Assembly: GCF_006345805.1 (NCBI RefSeq)
Contig: NC_043016.1
Location: forward strand, 16,616,001 to 16,680,000
Source: Octopus sinensis
Lineage: Eukaryota
Length of the DNA stretch: 64,000 nucleotides
Direction of reading: 5' to 3'
Part shown: positions 39,301 to 51,942 of the stretch, one piece after another
Numbering within the stretch: position 1 is the first letter of the stretch
How the letters are laid out: every line of letters begins with the position of its first letter
Notes under the pieces: generated by a model
Seen by the model: only the letters and a program-made list of their open reading frames with translations
The model's database searches: none
Told to the model about the DNA's origin: nothing
Made by a program: the position numbers and the translations under genes

Positions 39301-42300
39301 ATGAATGAAAGAGCAGAAGTTTGGGGCTGCGTTTTTTTTTTTAAATAAAGATTGTCCGGAGGAAGAAGGCGCGAATACACGATGGTTGATGAATACACGA
39401 GAGGCGAGATGGGTAATGGATAAATTAGTTAAAATAATTAGATAGATATAGAAATTAGTTAAAAATAGTTAGATAGATAAGAAAGCATGTATGATTGATG
39501 GGGAAGTGAAATAATAAATAATAACATTCAACTTATCTGTTAGATGAATGAATGAATGAAAGAGCAGAAGTTTGGGGCTGCGTTTTTCTTTTTAAATAGA
39601 GATTGTCCGGAGGAAGAAGGCGCGAATACACGATGGTTGATGATACATACGAGAGGCGAGATGGGTAATGGATAAATTAGTTAAAATAATTAGATAGATA
39701 TAGAATTTGGTTAAAAATAGTTAGATAGATAAGAAAGCATGTATGATGATGGGGAAGTGAATAATAAATAAGCATTCAACTTATCTGTTAGATGAATGAA
39801 TGAATGAAAGAGCAGAAGTTTGGGGCTGCGTTTTTTTTTTTTAAATAAAGATTGTCCGGAGGAAGAAGGCGCGAATACACGATGGTTGATGAATACACGA
39901 GAGGCGAGATGGGTAATGGATAAAATAGTTAAAATAATTAGATAGATATAGAAATTAGTTAAAAATAGTTTGATAGATAAGAAAGCATGTATGATTGATG
40001 GGGAAGTGAAATAATAAATAAGCATTCAACTTATCTGTTAGATGAATGAATGAATGAAAGAGCAGAAGTTTGGGGCTGCGTTTTTTTTTTTTTAAATAAA
40101 GATTGTCCGGAGGAAGAAGGCGCCAATACACGATGGTTGATGAATACACGAGAGGCGAGATGGGTAATGGATAAATTAGTTAAAATAATTAGATAGATAT
40201 AGAAATTAGTTAAAAATAGTTAGATAAATAAGAAAGCATGTATGATTGATGGGGAAGTGAAATAATAAATAAGCATTCAACTTATCTATTAGATGAATGA
40301 ATGAATGAAAGAGCAGAAGTTTGGGGCTGCGTTTTTTTTTTTTAAATAAAGATTGTCCGGAGGAAGAAGGCGCGAATACACGATGGTTGATGAATACACG
40401 AGAGGCGAGATGGGTAATGGATAAATTAGTTAAAATAAATAGATAGATATAGAAATTAGTTAAAAATAGTTAGATAGATAAGAAAGCATGTATGATTGAT
40501 GGGGAAGTGAAATAATAAATAAGCATTCAACTTATCTGTTAGATGAATGAAGAATGAAAGAGCAGAGTTTGGGGCTGCGTTTTTCTTTTTAAATAGAGAT
40601 TGTCCGGAGGAAGAAGGCGCGAATACACGATGGTTGATGAATACACGAGAGGCGAGATGGGTAATGGATAAATTAGTTAAAATAATTAGATAGATATAGA
40701 ATTTGTTAAAATAGTTAGATAGATAAGAAAGCATGTATGATTGATGGGGAAGTGAAATAATAAATAAGCATTCAACTTATCTGTTAGATGAATGATATGA
40801 ATGAAAGAGCAGAAGTTTGGGGCTGCGTTTTTTTTTTTTAAATAAAGATTGTCCGGAGGAAGAAGGCGCGAATACACGATGGTTGATGAATACACGAGAG
40901 GCGAGATGGTAATGGATAAATTAGTTAAAATAATTAGATAGATATAGAAATTAGTTAAAAATAGTTAGATAGATAAAAAACATGTATGATTGATGGGGAA
41001 GTGAAATAATAAATAAGCATTCAACTTATCTGTTAGATGAATGAATGAATGAAAGAGCAGAAGTTTGGGGCTGCGTTTTTCTTTTTAAATAAAGATTGTC
41101 CGGAGGAAGAAGGCGCGAATACACGATGGTGATGAATACACGAGAGGCGAGATGGGTAATGGATAAATTAGTTAAAATATTAGATAGATATAGAAATAAG
41201 TTAAAAATAGTTAGATAGATAAGAAAGCATGTATGATTGATGGGGAAGTGAAATAATAAATAAGCATTCAATTTATCTGTTAGATGAATGAATGAATGAA
41301 AGAGCAGAAGTTTGGGTCTGAGTTTTTTTTTTAAATAAAGATTACCGGAGGAAGAAGGCGCGAATACACGATGGTTGATGAATACACGAGAGGCGAGATG
41401 GTAATGGATAAATTAGTTAAAATAATTAGATAGATATAGAAATTAGTTAAAAATAGTTAGATAGATAAGAAGCATGTATGATTGATGGGAAGTGAAATAA
41501 TAAATAAGCATTCAACTTATCTATTAGATGAATGAATGAATGAAGAGCAGAAGTTTGGGGCTGCGTTTTTTTTTTTTAAATAAAGATTGTCCGGAGGAAG
41601 AAGGCGCGAATACACGATGGTTGATGATACACGAGAGGCGAGATGGGTAATGGATAAATTAGTTAAAATAAATAGATAGATATAGAAATTAGTTAAAAAT
41701 AGTTAGATAGATAAGAGCATGTATGATTGATGGGGAAGTGAAATAATAAATAGCATTCAACTTATCTGTTAGATGAATGAATGAATGAAAGAGCAGAAGT
41801 TTGGGCTGCGTTTTTCTTTTTAAATAGAGATTGTCCGGAGGAAGAAGGCGCGAATACACGATGGTTGATGAATACACGAGAGGCGAGATGGGTAATGGAT
41901 AAATTAGTTAAAATAATTAGATAGATATAGAATTTGGTTAAAAATAGTTAGATAGATAAGAAAGCATGTATGATTGATGGGGAAGTGAAATAATAAATAA
42001 GCATTCAACTTATCTGTTAGATGAATGAATGAATGAAAGAGCAGAAGTTTGGGGCTGCGTTTTTTTTTTTTTTTAAATAAAGATTGTCCGGAGGAAGAAG
42101 GCGCGAATACACGATGGTTGATGAATACACGAGAGGCGAGATGGGTAATGGATAAATTAGTTAAAATAATTAGATAGATATAGAAATTAGTTAAAAATAG
42201 TTAGATAGAAAGGAGAGCATGTATGATTGATGGGGAAGTGAAATAATAAATAAGCATATCTCATTTCTGTTAGATGAATGAATGAATGTAAGAGCAGAAG

Positions 42301-45014
42301 TTTGGGGTGCGGTTTTTTTTTTAATAAAGATTGTCCGGAGGAAGAAGGCGCGAATACACGATGGTTGATGAATACACGAGAGGCGAGATGGGTAATGGAT
42401 AAATTAGTTAAAATAATTAGATAGATATAGAAATTAGTTAAAAATAGTTAGATAGATAGGAAAGCATGTATGATTGATGGGGAAGTGAAATAATAAATAA
42501 GCATTCAACTTATCTGTTAAATGAATGAATGAATGAAAGAGCAGAAGTTTGGGGCTGCGTTTTTTTTTTTTTTAAATAAAGATTATCCGTAGGAAGAAGG
42601 CGCGAATACACGATGGTTGATGAATACACGAGAGGCGAGATGGGTAATGGATAAATTTGTTAAAATAATTAGATAGATATAGAAATTAGTTTAAAATAGT
42701 TAGATAGATAAGAAAGCATGTATGATTGATGGGGAAGTGAAATAATAAATAAGCATTCAACTTATCTGTTAGATGAATGAATGAATGAAAGAGCAGAAGT
42801 TGGGGCTGAGTTTTTTTTTTAAATAAAGATTATCCGGAGGAAGAAGGCGCGAATACACGATGGTTGATGAATACACGAGAGGCGAGATGGGTATAGGATA
42901 AATTAGTTAAAATAATTAGATAGATATAGAAATTAGTTAAAAATAGTTAGATAGATAAGAAAGCATGTATGATTGATGGGGAAGTGAAATAATAAATAAG
43001 CATTCAACTTATCTGTTAGATGAATGAATGAATGAAAGAGCAGAAGTTTGGGGCTGCGTTTTTCTTTTTAAATAGAGATTGTCCGGAGGAAGAAGGCGCG
43101 AATACACGATGTTTGATGAATACACGAGAGGCGAGATGGGTAATGGATAAATTAGTTAAAATAATTAGATAGATATAGAAATTAGTTAAAAGTAGTTAGA
43201 TAGATAAGAAAGCATGTATGATTGATGGGGAAGTGAAATAATAAATAAGCATTCAACTTATCTGTTAGATGAATGAATGAATGAAAGAGCAGAAGTTTGG
43301 GACTGCGTTTTTTTTTTTGAATAAAGATTGTCCGGAGGAAGAAGGCGCGAATACACGATGGTTGATGAATACACGAGAGGCGAGATGGGTAATGGATAAA
43401 ATAGTTAAAATAATTAGATAGATATAGAAATTAGTTAAAAATAGTTTGATAGATAAGAAAGCATGTATGATGATGGGGAAGTGAAATAATAAATAAGCAT
43501 TCAACTTATCTGTTAGATGAATAATGAATGAAGAAAGAGCAGAAGTTTGGGGCTGCGTTTTTTTTTTAAATAAAGATTGTCCGGAGGAAGAAGGCGCGAA
43601 TACACGATGGTTGATGAATACACGAGAGGCGAGATGGGTAATGGATAAATTAGTTAAAATAATTAGATAGATATAGAATTTGGTTAAAAATAGTTAGATA
43701 GATAAGAAAGCATGTATGATTGATGGGGAAGTGAAATAATAAATAAGCATTCAACTTATCTGTTAGATGAATGAATGAATGAAAGAGCAGAAGTTTGGGG
43801 CTGCGTTTTTTTTTTTTTAAATAAAGATTGTCCGGAGGAAGAAGGCGAATACACGATGGTTGATGAATACACGAGAGGCGAGATGTGTAATAGATAAATT
43901 AGTTAAAATAATTAGATAGATATAGAAATTAGTTAAAAATAGTTAGATAGATAAGAAAACATGTATGATTGATGGGGAAGTGAAATAATAAATAAGCATT
44001 CAACTTATCTGTTAGATGAATGAATGAATGAAAGAGCAGAAGTTTGGGGCTGCGTTTTTCTTTTTAAATAAAGATTGTCCGGAGGAAGAAGGCGCGAATA
44101 CACGTTGGTTGATGAATACACGAGAGGCGAGATGGGTAATGGATAAATTAGTTAAAATAATTAGATAGATATAGAAAATAGTTAAAAATAGTTAGATAGA
44201 TAAGAAAGCATGTATGATTGATGGGGAAGTGAAATAATAAATAAGCATTCAACTTATCTGTTAGATGAATGAATGAATGAAAGAGCAGAAGTTTAGGGCT
44301 GCGTTTTTTTTTTTTTAAATAAAGATTGTCCGGAGGAAGAAGGCGCGAATACACGATGGTTGATGAATACACGAGAGGCGAGATGGGTAACGGATAAATT
44401 AGTTAAAATAATTAGATAGATATAGAATTTGGTTAAAAATAGTTAGATAGATAAGAAAGCATGTATGATTGATGGGGAAGTGAAATAATAAATAAGCATT
44501 CAACTTATCTGTTAGATGAATGAATGAATGAAAGAGCAGAAGTTTGGGGCTGCGTTTTTTTTTTTTTTAAATAAAGATTGTCCGGAGGAAGAAGGCGCGA
44601 ATACACGATGGTTGATGAATACACGAGAGGCGAGATGTGTAATAGATAAATTAGTTAAAATAATTAGATAGATATAGAAATTAGTTAAAAATAGTTAGAT
44701 AGATAATAAAGCATGTATGATTGATGGGGAAGTGAAATAATAAATAAGCATTCAACTTATCTGTTCGATGAATGAATGAATGAAAGAGCAGAAGTTTGGG
44801 GCTGCGTTTTTTTTTTAAATAAAGATTGTCCGGAGTAAGAAGGCGCGAATACACGATGGTTGATGAATACACGAGAGGCGAGATGGGTAATGGATAAATT
44901 AGTTAAAATAATTAGATAGATATAGAAATTAGTTAAAAATAGTTAGATAGATAAGAAAGCATGTATGATTGATGGGGAAGTGAAATAATAAATAAGCATT
45001 CAACTTATCTGTTA
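36391..45014. repeat. Tandem satellite, ~249-bp unit, ~35 copies, intronic to MRCK
   Basis: GGCGCGAATACACG recurs at 37383, 37631, 37880, 38129 ... 44842. The unit contains duplicated GAATACACGA, duplicated AATTAGTTAAAA..TTAGATAGATA, (GAAT)n and a poly-T tract. Confidence 0.98.
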
Positions 45015-45490
45015 TATATATGTATGTATACACACATATATATACACACATTATATACATATATATACACATACATATACATATATACACATATATACAT
45101 ATACACATATATATACACATACATACACACACACACATATATACATATATATACATATTTTTTCTCTCCTCATCTTCCTCCCTTATTTTATTTTTATTTT
45201 TATTTTGACTGTCTTCAGAGTCATAAAGGGTATAATATATGACCTACCTACCTGCCAACACACATTTAGTGGCGCTGGAGTTGAGGAACCCTAAAAGTTC
45301 TTAGAACTCCCCAGGGTGCAAGCAGGCCTAAATGAAATCCATTTACCGCTCCCCTCTCCCTTCCTTTCTATCTCTTACAAACGCAAACACTCACACACAC
45401 ACACACTCACACTCATACACAAACACACATGTTCTCTCGCTCATTTCCTTCTCATCCACTCATACTTATGTTTATATCTCTCTCTACAAG

Positions 45491-45553
<63 letters not shown>

Positions 45554-45865
45554 GTATATATGTATACACATACATACACACACAAGTACACATATTCATA
45601 CATACATAAATGTACCCACTTTCACATAAACGTATACATAACTATGTACACACAAAAACACATATATAAACGTACTTCAGTACACATAAACACACAAACA
45701 TTTGCCCACATATATAAACGCATATGCCTATATACAGACATTTGTGCATATAAACATACATACACGTATATACGCATCCATACGCTTATAAATACATATA
45801 TGCACACATGCATGCATACACATGTACATAAAAGCATACCTACATATACGTATCTACATGCATAT

Positions 45866-45896
<31 letters not shown>

Positions 45897-46228
45897 CACC
45901 ATACATACACACACATATATATATATACGGCAAGCTTCTTTCAGTTTCCGTCTACCAAATCTACTCAAGGCTTTGGTCGACCCGAGGTTCCACGCTTTGG
46001 GTCTGAACCCGGAACTATGTGGCTCGTAGGCAATCTAATTACTACACACCCACTCCTAATGCCTATGTTTGGCAAGAAAAAAAAATTTGTTCTTTAAAAT
46101 ACTTGAAAGATGGAGCTTTGCCTGCATTTATGCAATCTCGTGAATGAAATAACTTATAAAAGACAAAGAAAAAAAGACGTGTGTGTTTATGTTGTGTGTA
46201 ATCATTCTCTTTTGTTGATTTGAAACAG

Positions 46229-46311
46229 GATTCACAGGCCCCATCAGGACATCATGGAACATTTCGAGGGCTCCATTTGCCATTCATTGGATTTACATTT
46301 ACAGAAAATAA
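46229..46311 (+). CDS. CDC42BPA: MRCK exon: AGC-kinase C-terminal hydrophobic motif
   Basis: Acceptor tgaaacag; DSQAPSGHHGTFRGLHLPFIGFTFTEN matches MRCK F.G.HLPFVGFTYT; donor AA|GTGAGT; phase 0 to 2. Confidence 0.93.
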
Positions 46312-47741
46312 GTGAGTACATATAATATTTTTATGTAGTGATTGATACTGGTTGTACCAAGTTGATTTTCACTTTGCAAACTAAGGTTTTTTTTTAACTT
46401 AGTAAAGATTTAGGTTTTACTCCTTTCAAGTAAATGGCCCTGCTTGATTTTATGGAAAAGTGTAGGCAGGAACTCCATATGGTGTTGTAGCAAGTCATAA
46501 AAAGTGGCAATAAGACGTAATGGTCGTTTGCCTGAACAAGCATAATTGTTAGTATTCCATCGGTTAAAATTACTGCCCATATATGAATTCTAAACTTTCG
46601 TCAAAGAGAAATCTTTCATGAAATACGGTTCTTAGAATTCGGATATGAGCCATTATAATAACCCTGATTTTTGGTAAATTACTCAGTGATCGTAGGATGT
46701 TACTAAACTCCACTACACTCACAATAGTGTTCATTGGGTTGTTACTAAACTCCATGACACTCACTCCTATTTTTTATGCCATGTCTATGATAAAGATCCA
46801 ACGAGACTTATTTAAATTGTTGTGAACTCTAGCAGTTAGTATGAAGGATTAGCTTAGTGTGAATTTCTAGTTGTAATTCTCTACGTCAAAATGACTTTAC
46901 TTTCCAATTGTACTATAAATGCTAAATTTACATGAATAAATTAATATAATTAATTTCTTTTTCCTCACATTCTTCAACTTGTTAATGAAATTTATTTCTG
47001 CAATTATGAAACTGTATTTTTTTTACTGCTGTTAAAAGAACACGAATTTATCTTCAATATACATGCACGCATAAAATGTCCATTAGCGTTTCTGAGTATA
47101 TATTTCTCACTATGGCGTTTATGTAGCTGGAGTCAGGATTTATGTATAATGATAACTCTTATAAGTAAGTTATAAGCGACATGTTTATCAATATATATTC
47201 CTACTTCGAAAATAAAATATAATTACTTTTGAAGTAACAAAACGTGGCTATGAAAAGTGGTGACCAGCTATAGTGTAGTTAGTGTGAGCTAAGGACACAG
47301 AAGAGGTGTAGTTGATTAAAAGGATGGTTATTAGAGAAAAGAGTGCTGTTATGTGGGAGATGGACAGGAACCAAAAAAAACTACAGAGACTTGGGATGTT
47401 GATTCGCTCAAATTCATTGTTCAATGTCCGCTTTCCATGCTTGCATGGGTTGGACGATTTGACTGAGGACTAGCAAACCAGATGTCTGCACCAGGCTCCA
47501 ATCTGATCTGGCAGAGTTTCTACAGCTGGATGCCCTTCCTAATGCCAACCAATCCGAGAATGTAGTGGTGCTTTTACGTGCCACCGGCACGAGGGCCAGT
47601 CGGGCGGTACTGGCAATAGCCACACTCAAATGGCATATTTTACATGCCACCTGCAAAGGAGCCAGTCCAGATATATATATCATTGTTTAACGTCCGCTTT
47701 CCATGCTAGCATGGGTTGGCCAGTTTGACTGAGAGTCAAGA

Positions 47742-47778
47742 CTATTGAAAAGGTTGCAAGACGCAACAGAAATTTTAG
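47742..47778 (+). ncRNA. Candidate hammerhead motif with U3-A8 core (family F)
   Basis: CTA-TTGAAAA-G-GTTGC(aagac)GCAAC-A-GAAA-T-TT-TAG; 5-bp stem II, stem I only 3 bp. Confidence 0.4.
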
Positions 47779-49609
47779 GAAAATAAAAATAAGAAATAAG
47801 TGGAAATTTTACCAGTGAGTGTGTTACATTATAAGGCACAAAAAGAAAATGACTCTCCCCAGACACAACAGAATATGCTTCAACACACGAACTCATATAA
47901 AGAATCTTGCAAACCAAATCCAAAAACGAAATTCTTTTTTTACCAAACAAAAAACAAGGTATTAAACCTCTTACCTCAGTTCTTACAATTACTGGACTTA
48001 ATAATCCATTAGAAATTGAGGCGCTGAGCTTCTTATAAAGATTTAGGCACTAAAGCTTCTTTATCCTTCCTCCCCGACCAGGCTGTATGCATCCCGCAGG
48101 CAATGCTCCAGCTCCAGGCCTCAGAAGGTGAACTGGTCTTTTAGGAAGGAGTCCATTGCACTGAAAATATTGACTTCCAATGTGACCTTCGTAGTTACAT
48201 GCGGAGTCCAATCCTTCCTCCCTGACCAGGCTGTCTGCATCTTGCAGGCAATTGTCCAGGTCGTTCGGAGGGAGGACCCCTTGCTCTGGTTGAAGACCCG
48301 GATTGGCCTCTGCAGGTGACCATGGAGGTCAGATCAGAAGTCGATATGTTCAGGGTGATGGACTCCTTCCCGAAGGAACAGTTTGGGTTCGCCTTCTGGG
48401 GCTGCGAGCTGCAGCATTGCCCACGGACGCATACAGCCTGGTCGGGGAGGAAGGATAAAGAAGCTTTAGTGCCTAAATCTTTATAAGAAGCTCAGCGCCT
48501 CAATTTCTAATGGATTATTAAGTCCAGTAATTGTAAGAACTGAGGTAAGAGGTTTAATACCTTTTTTTTTTTTTTTTGTAAAAAAAAGAACAAGGTCAGC
48601 GAGCATGTGCAGCCCGCAAGCTGCTCCCTCCGTATATGGCCTTCATGGACAATGAAATGAAATATAGAAGAAAACTGAATGAAGCCTAGTAACCTCTCTT
48701 TTACTTGTTTCAATCATTTCACTGTGGCCATGCTGGAGCACCACCTTTAGTCGAGCAAATCGACCCCAGGACTTATTCTTTGTAAGCTTAGTACTTATTC
48801 TATCGGACTCTTTTGCCAAACTGCTAAGTTACGGGGATGTAAACACACCAGCATCGGTTGTCAAGTGATGTTGGGGGGACAAACACAGACACACAAACAG
48901 ATACACATAAATATACACGACAGGCTTCTTTCGGTTTCCATCTACCAAATCCACACATAAGGCTTTTGTTGGCCTGAGGCTATAGCAGAAGACACTTGCC
49001 CAAGGTGTCAAGCAGTGGGACTGAACCCAGAACCACGTGGTTGGTAAGCAAGCTACTTACCACACAGCCACTCCTATGCCTATATATATATGATGGGCTT
49101 CTTTCAGCTTCCGTCTACCAAATCCACTCACAAGGCTTTAGTTGGCCCGAGGTTATAGTAGAAGACACTTGCCTAAGGTGCCACACAGTAGGAATGAACC
49201 CAAAACCATGTGGTTGGTAAGCAAGCTACTTACCACGCAGCCACTCCTATGCCTAACCAGTTGATTTTTTTTTTTTTAAGTTTGAAAATGGATAGGAGTT
49301 TCATGCTATCGGGCAGTGATTCTGAATTTAAAGGTTTTCCAATGGGAAATATGGAGATATCGAGAAAAATCCCACTCATACCATCCTTTTTATCATTCAT
49401 CTCATTAATGTTTTTTGTCCAGCCCTCAAGCTATTCCCTCTGTATACAACCTTCATGGCCAATGAAATGAAATAAAGCAGCTTCACTCTGCATGCTTTCG
49501 CCCTGTTACCATGGCCACAGTTCTCATACTTTTTGATCAGACCACATAATCTATTAAGAATACTTTGTGACTGCAGTAAGCTTTAATTTTCATAATATTC
49601 TCTTTCCAG

Positions 49610-49746
49610 TTTGTTGTCAGACCTTAACAGCTTAAAATCAGATTTTGATACGACGGATTCCCCACAAAATACCAAAATCATTGATTTACAACAGAATATC
49701 CTTGAACTGGAACAAGAGAAAAAGGTCCTAGCAGACAAGCTAAAAG
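49610..49746 (+). CDS. CDC42BPA: MRCK exon: start of coiled coil
   Basis: Acceptor tctttccag; (N)LLSDLNSLKSDFDTTDSPQNTKIIDLQQNILELEQEKKVLADKLK matches MRCK LSD...LEQEK.EL.RKL; donor G|GTATTG; phase 2 to 1 fits both neighbours. Confidence 0.9.
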
Positions 49747-50277
49747 GTATTGAATTATGTTGTTTTTCTTAGTTTGTTATCTTCTTTGATTTAACCTGTT
49801 TGATGCTAACCTGGCCGTAGCCCTCCGGAAAGATTTTTGGTTCATAAGACCAACCCTGCCATAGTCAGCCGAGAGCACGCATTGTTATTTAAATGTAAAT
49901 TTAAGCACAAATCTTGCAAGAACAAAATAAAAATCAAATGGAAATTGTAATTGTGATACCCGTGCTGGTAGTACATAAAAAGCAACTTCTGAACGTGGCC
50001 GATGCTAGTGCCACCATGACTGGCGTCTGTGCCGCTGGCACGTAAAAAGCACACACTACGCTCACGGAGTGGTTGGCATTAGGAAGTGCATCCAGCTGTA
50101 GAAACAGTGCCAGATCAGATTGGAGCTTGGTGCAGTCTCCTGGCTTCCAGTCACCGGTCGAACCATCCAACCCATGCTAGCATGGAAAACGGACGCTAAA
50201 CGATGATGATAATGATGATATATATGCATGTATGCATGCATGTGTGTGTGCATATATATATACATACACAAAGATAT

Positions 50278-50906
50278 GATGGAGTCAGTTTAGATGAGAT
50301 GCAGTTTGGGTTTGTGCCAGGGAAAAGCACCACTGATGCTATATTTCTGGTAAGACAGCTGCAGGAGAGCACCAACCGATCGTGGCCGTTGCCAGCCTCC
50401 TCTGGCCCCTGTGCCAGTGGCACGTAACAAGCACCAACCGATTGTGGCCATTGCCATCCTCCTGTGGCCCCTGTGCCGGTGGCACGTAAAAAGCACCAAC
50501 CGATCGTGGCCGTTGCGAGCCTCCTCTGGCCCCTGTGCCAGTGGAATGTAAAAAGTACCAACTGATCGTGGCCATTGCCAGCCTCCTCTGGCCCCTGTGC
50601 TGGTGGCACATAAAAAGCTCCAACCGATTGTGGCCATTACCATCCACCTTTGGCCCCTGTGCTGGTGGCACGTAAAAATCACCAACCGATCGTGGCCGTT
50701 GCCAGCCTCCTCTGGCCCCTGTGTCGATGGCACGTAAAAAGCACCCACTACACTCAGTGGTTGGCATTAGGAAGTGCATCCAGCTGTGGAAACACTGCCA
50801 GGTCAGACTGGAGCCTGGTGCAGCCTCCTGGCTTCCCAGACTCCAGTCGAACTGTCCAAGCCATGGTAGCATGGAAAACGGCCATTAAATGATGATGATG
50901 ATGATC
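50278..50906 (+). mobile_element. Internally deleted RTE: short RT segment fused to the 3'UTR ~62-bp array (~6 units)
   Basis: VSLDEMQFGFVPGKSTTDAIFLVRQLQE joins directly to GCACCAACCGATCGTGGCC repeats; (GAT)n tail. Confidence 0.8.
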
Positions 50907-50929
50907 AAAATATGTGATTTCATTTTGTA

Positions 50930-51325
50930 AATAATTGAGTTATAGCATGCGACATTGTTTCACCTGATATCTGAACTCGGTGAAATTTGGAAGAATTTTT
51001 TCACTTTTTATCAGCATCGATGGGTTTTTAATCTTTGAAAATGGATAGCAGCTTCATGCTATCAAGCAGTGATTCTGAATTTAAAGGGTCTTCAACGGAA
51101 AATATGGAGATATCGAGAAAAAGAATGAATGGGATATTTCTGTCTCCGAAAAATAATATACGGCCCTGGGTATAGTATAGAAGTGATAAATTCCAGACCA
51201 CATCGTACCCTAGGCCATGCTGACTAATATTATTTTCCCTGTATAAAAAGTAAATCCACAGAAGTACCCAGTATTTGCTTCACAAATTTCCCAAACTTTG
51301 ATCCCACATTTCGTGGGTTTTTCTG
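50930..51325 (-). mobile_element. piggyBac-like transposon remnant
   Basis: Minus strand EKPTKCGIKVWEICEANTGYFCGFTFYTGK resembles the piggyBac transposase motif KP.K.G.K.W..C...TGY...F..Y.GK; related non-coding piece at ~49270-49370. Confidence 0.7.
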
Positions 51326-51897
51326 GCACATAAAAAGCACCCTCTACACTCACGAAGTGGTTGGCATTAGGAAGGGCATCCAGCTGTAGAAACACTGCCA
51401 GATCAGATTGGAGCCTGGTGCAGCCTTCTGGCTTCCCAGACCCCGGTCAGACCGTCCAACCCATGCTAGCATGGAAAACGGATGTTAAATGATGATGATG
51501 ATGATTATCCAGTGACTGTTTTCGATGCTGGCTAGGGTGAAATTTGCATGAGGCTTTATTCTGTTGAGGCATGTTTTCTACAGCTGGATGACTTCTCTGA
51601 CACTAACCTTTATACAGTGTGTACTGCATGACTTTTATATAGCACCAGCTTCAGAGCTTTATACATGGTACCAACATTGATGTTTTTTATGTGGCATTAT
51701 CAGCAGCAGACTCACCATGTAACTTAAGACAAAACTCTCTCAACTACTGGTGGATGAGGTTGATGAGGGATTAAAGATATAGAGGTCAGATAGGTCTCAT
51801 ATATATATATAATAATAATAATTATAATATGAGGAAATATCATTCCAGACTTACAGGGAAAAAGTCAATTTAGAAATACTAACTCAAATTTCACAAA

Positions 51898-51942
<45 letters not shown>

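Noticed and set aside
36391-45014. CRISPR-like or ribozyme-bearing array
   Set aside because: The whole unit repeats with no unique spacers, there are no cas genes, the context is eukaryotic, and I found no hammerhead core with stems on either strand.
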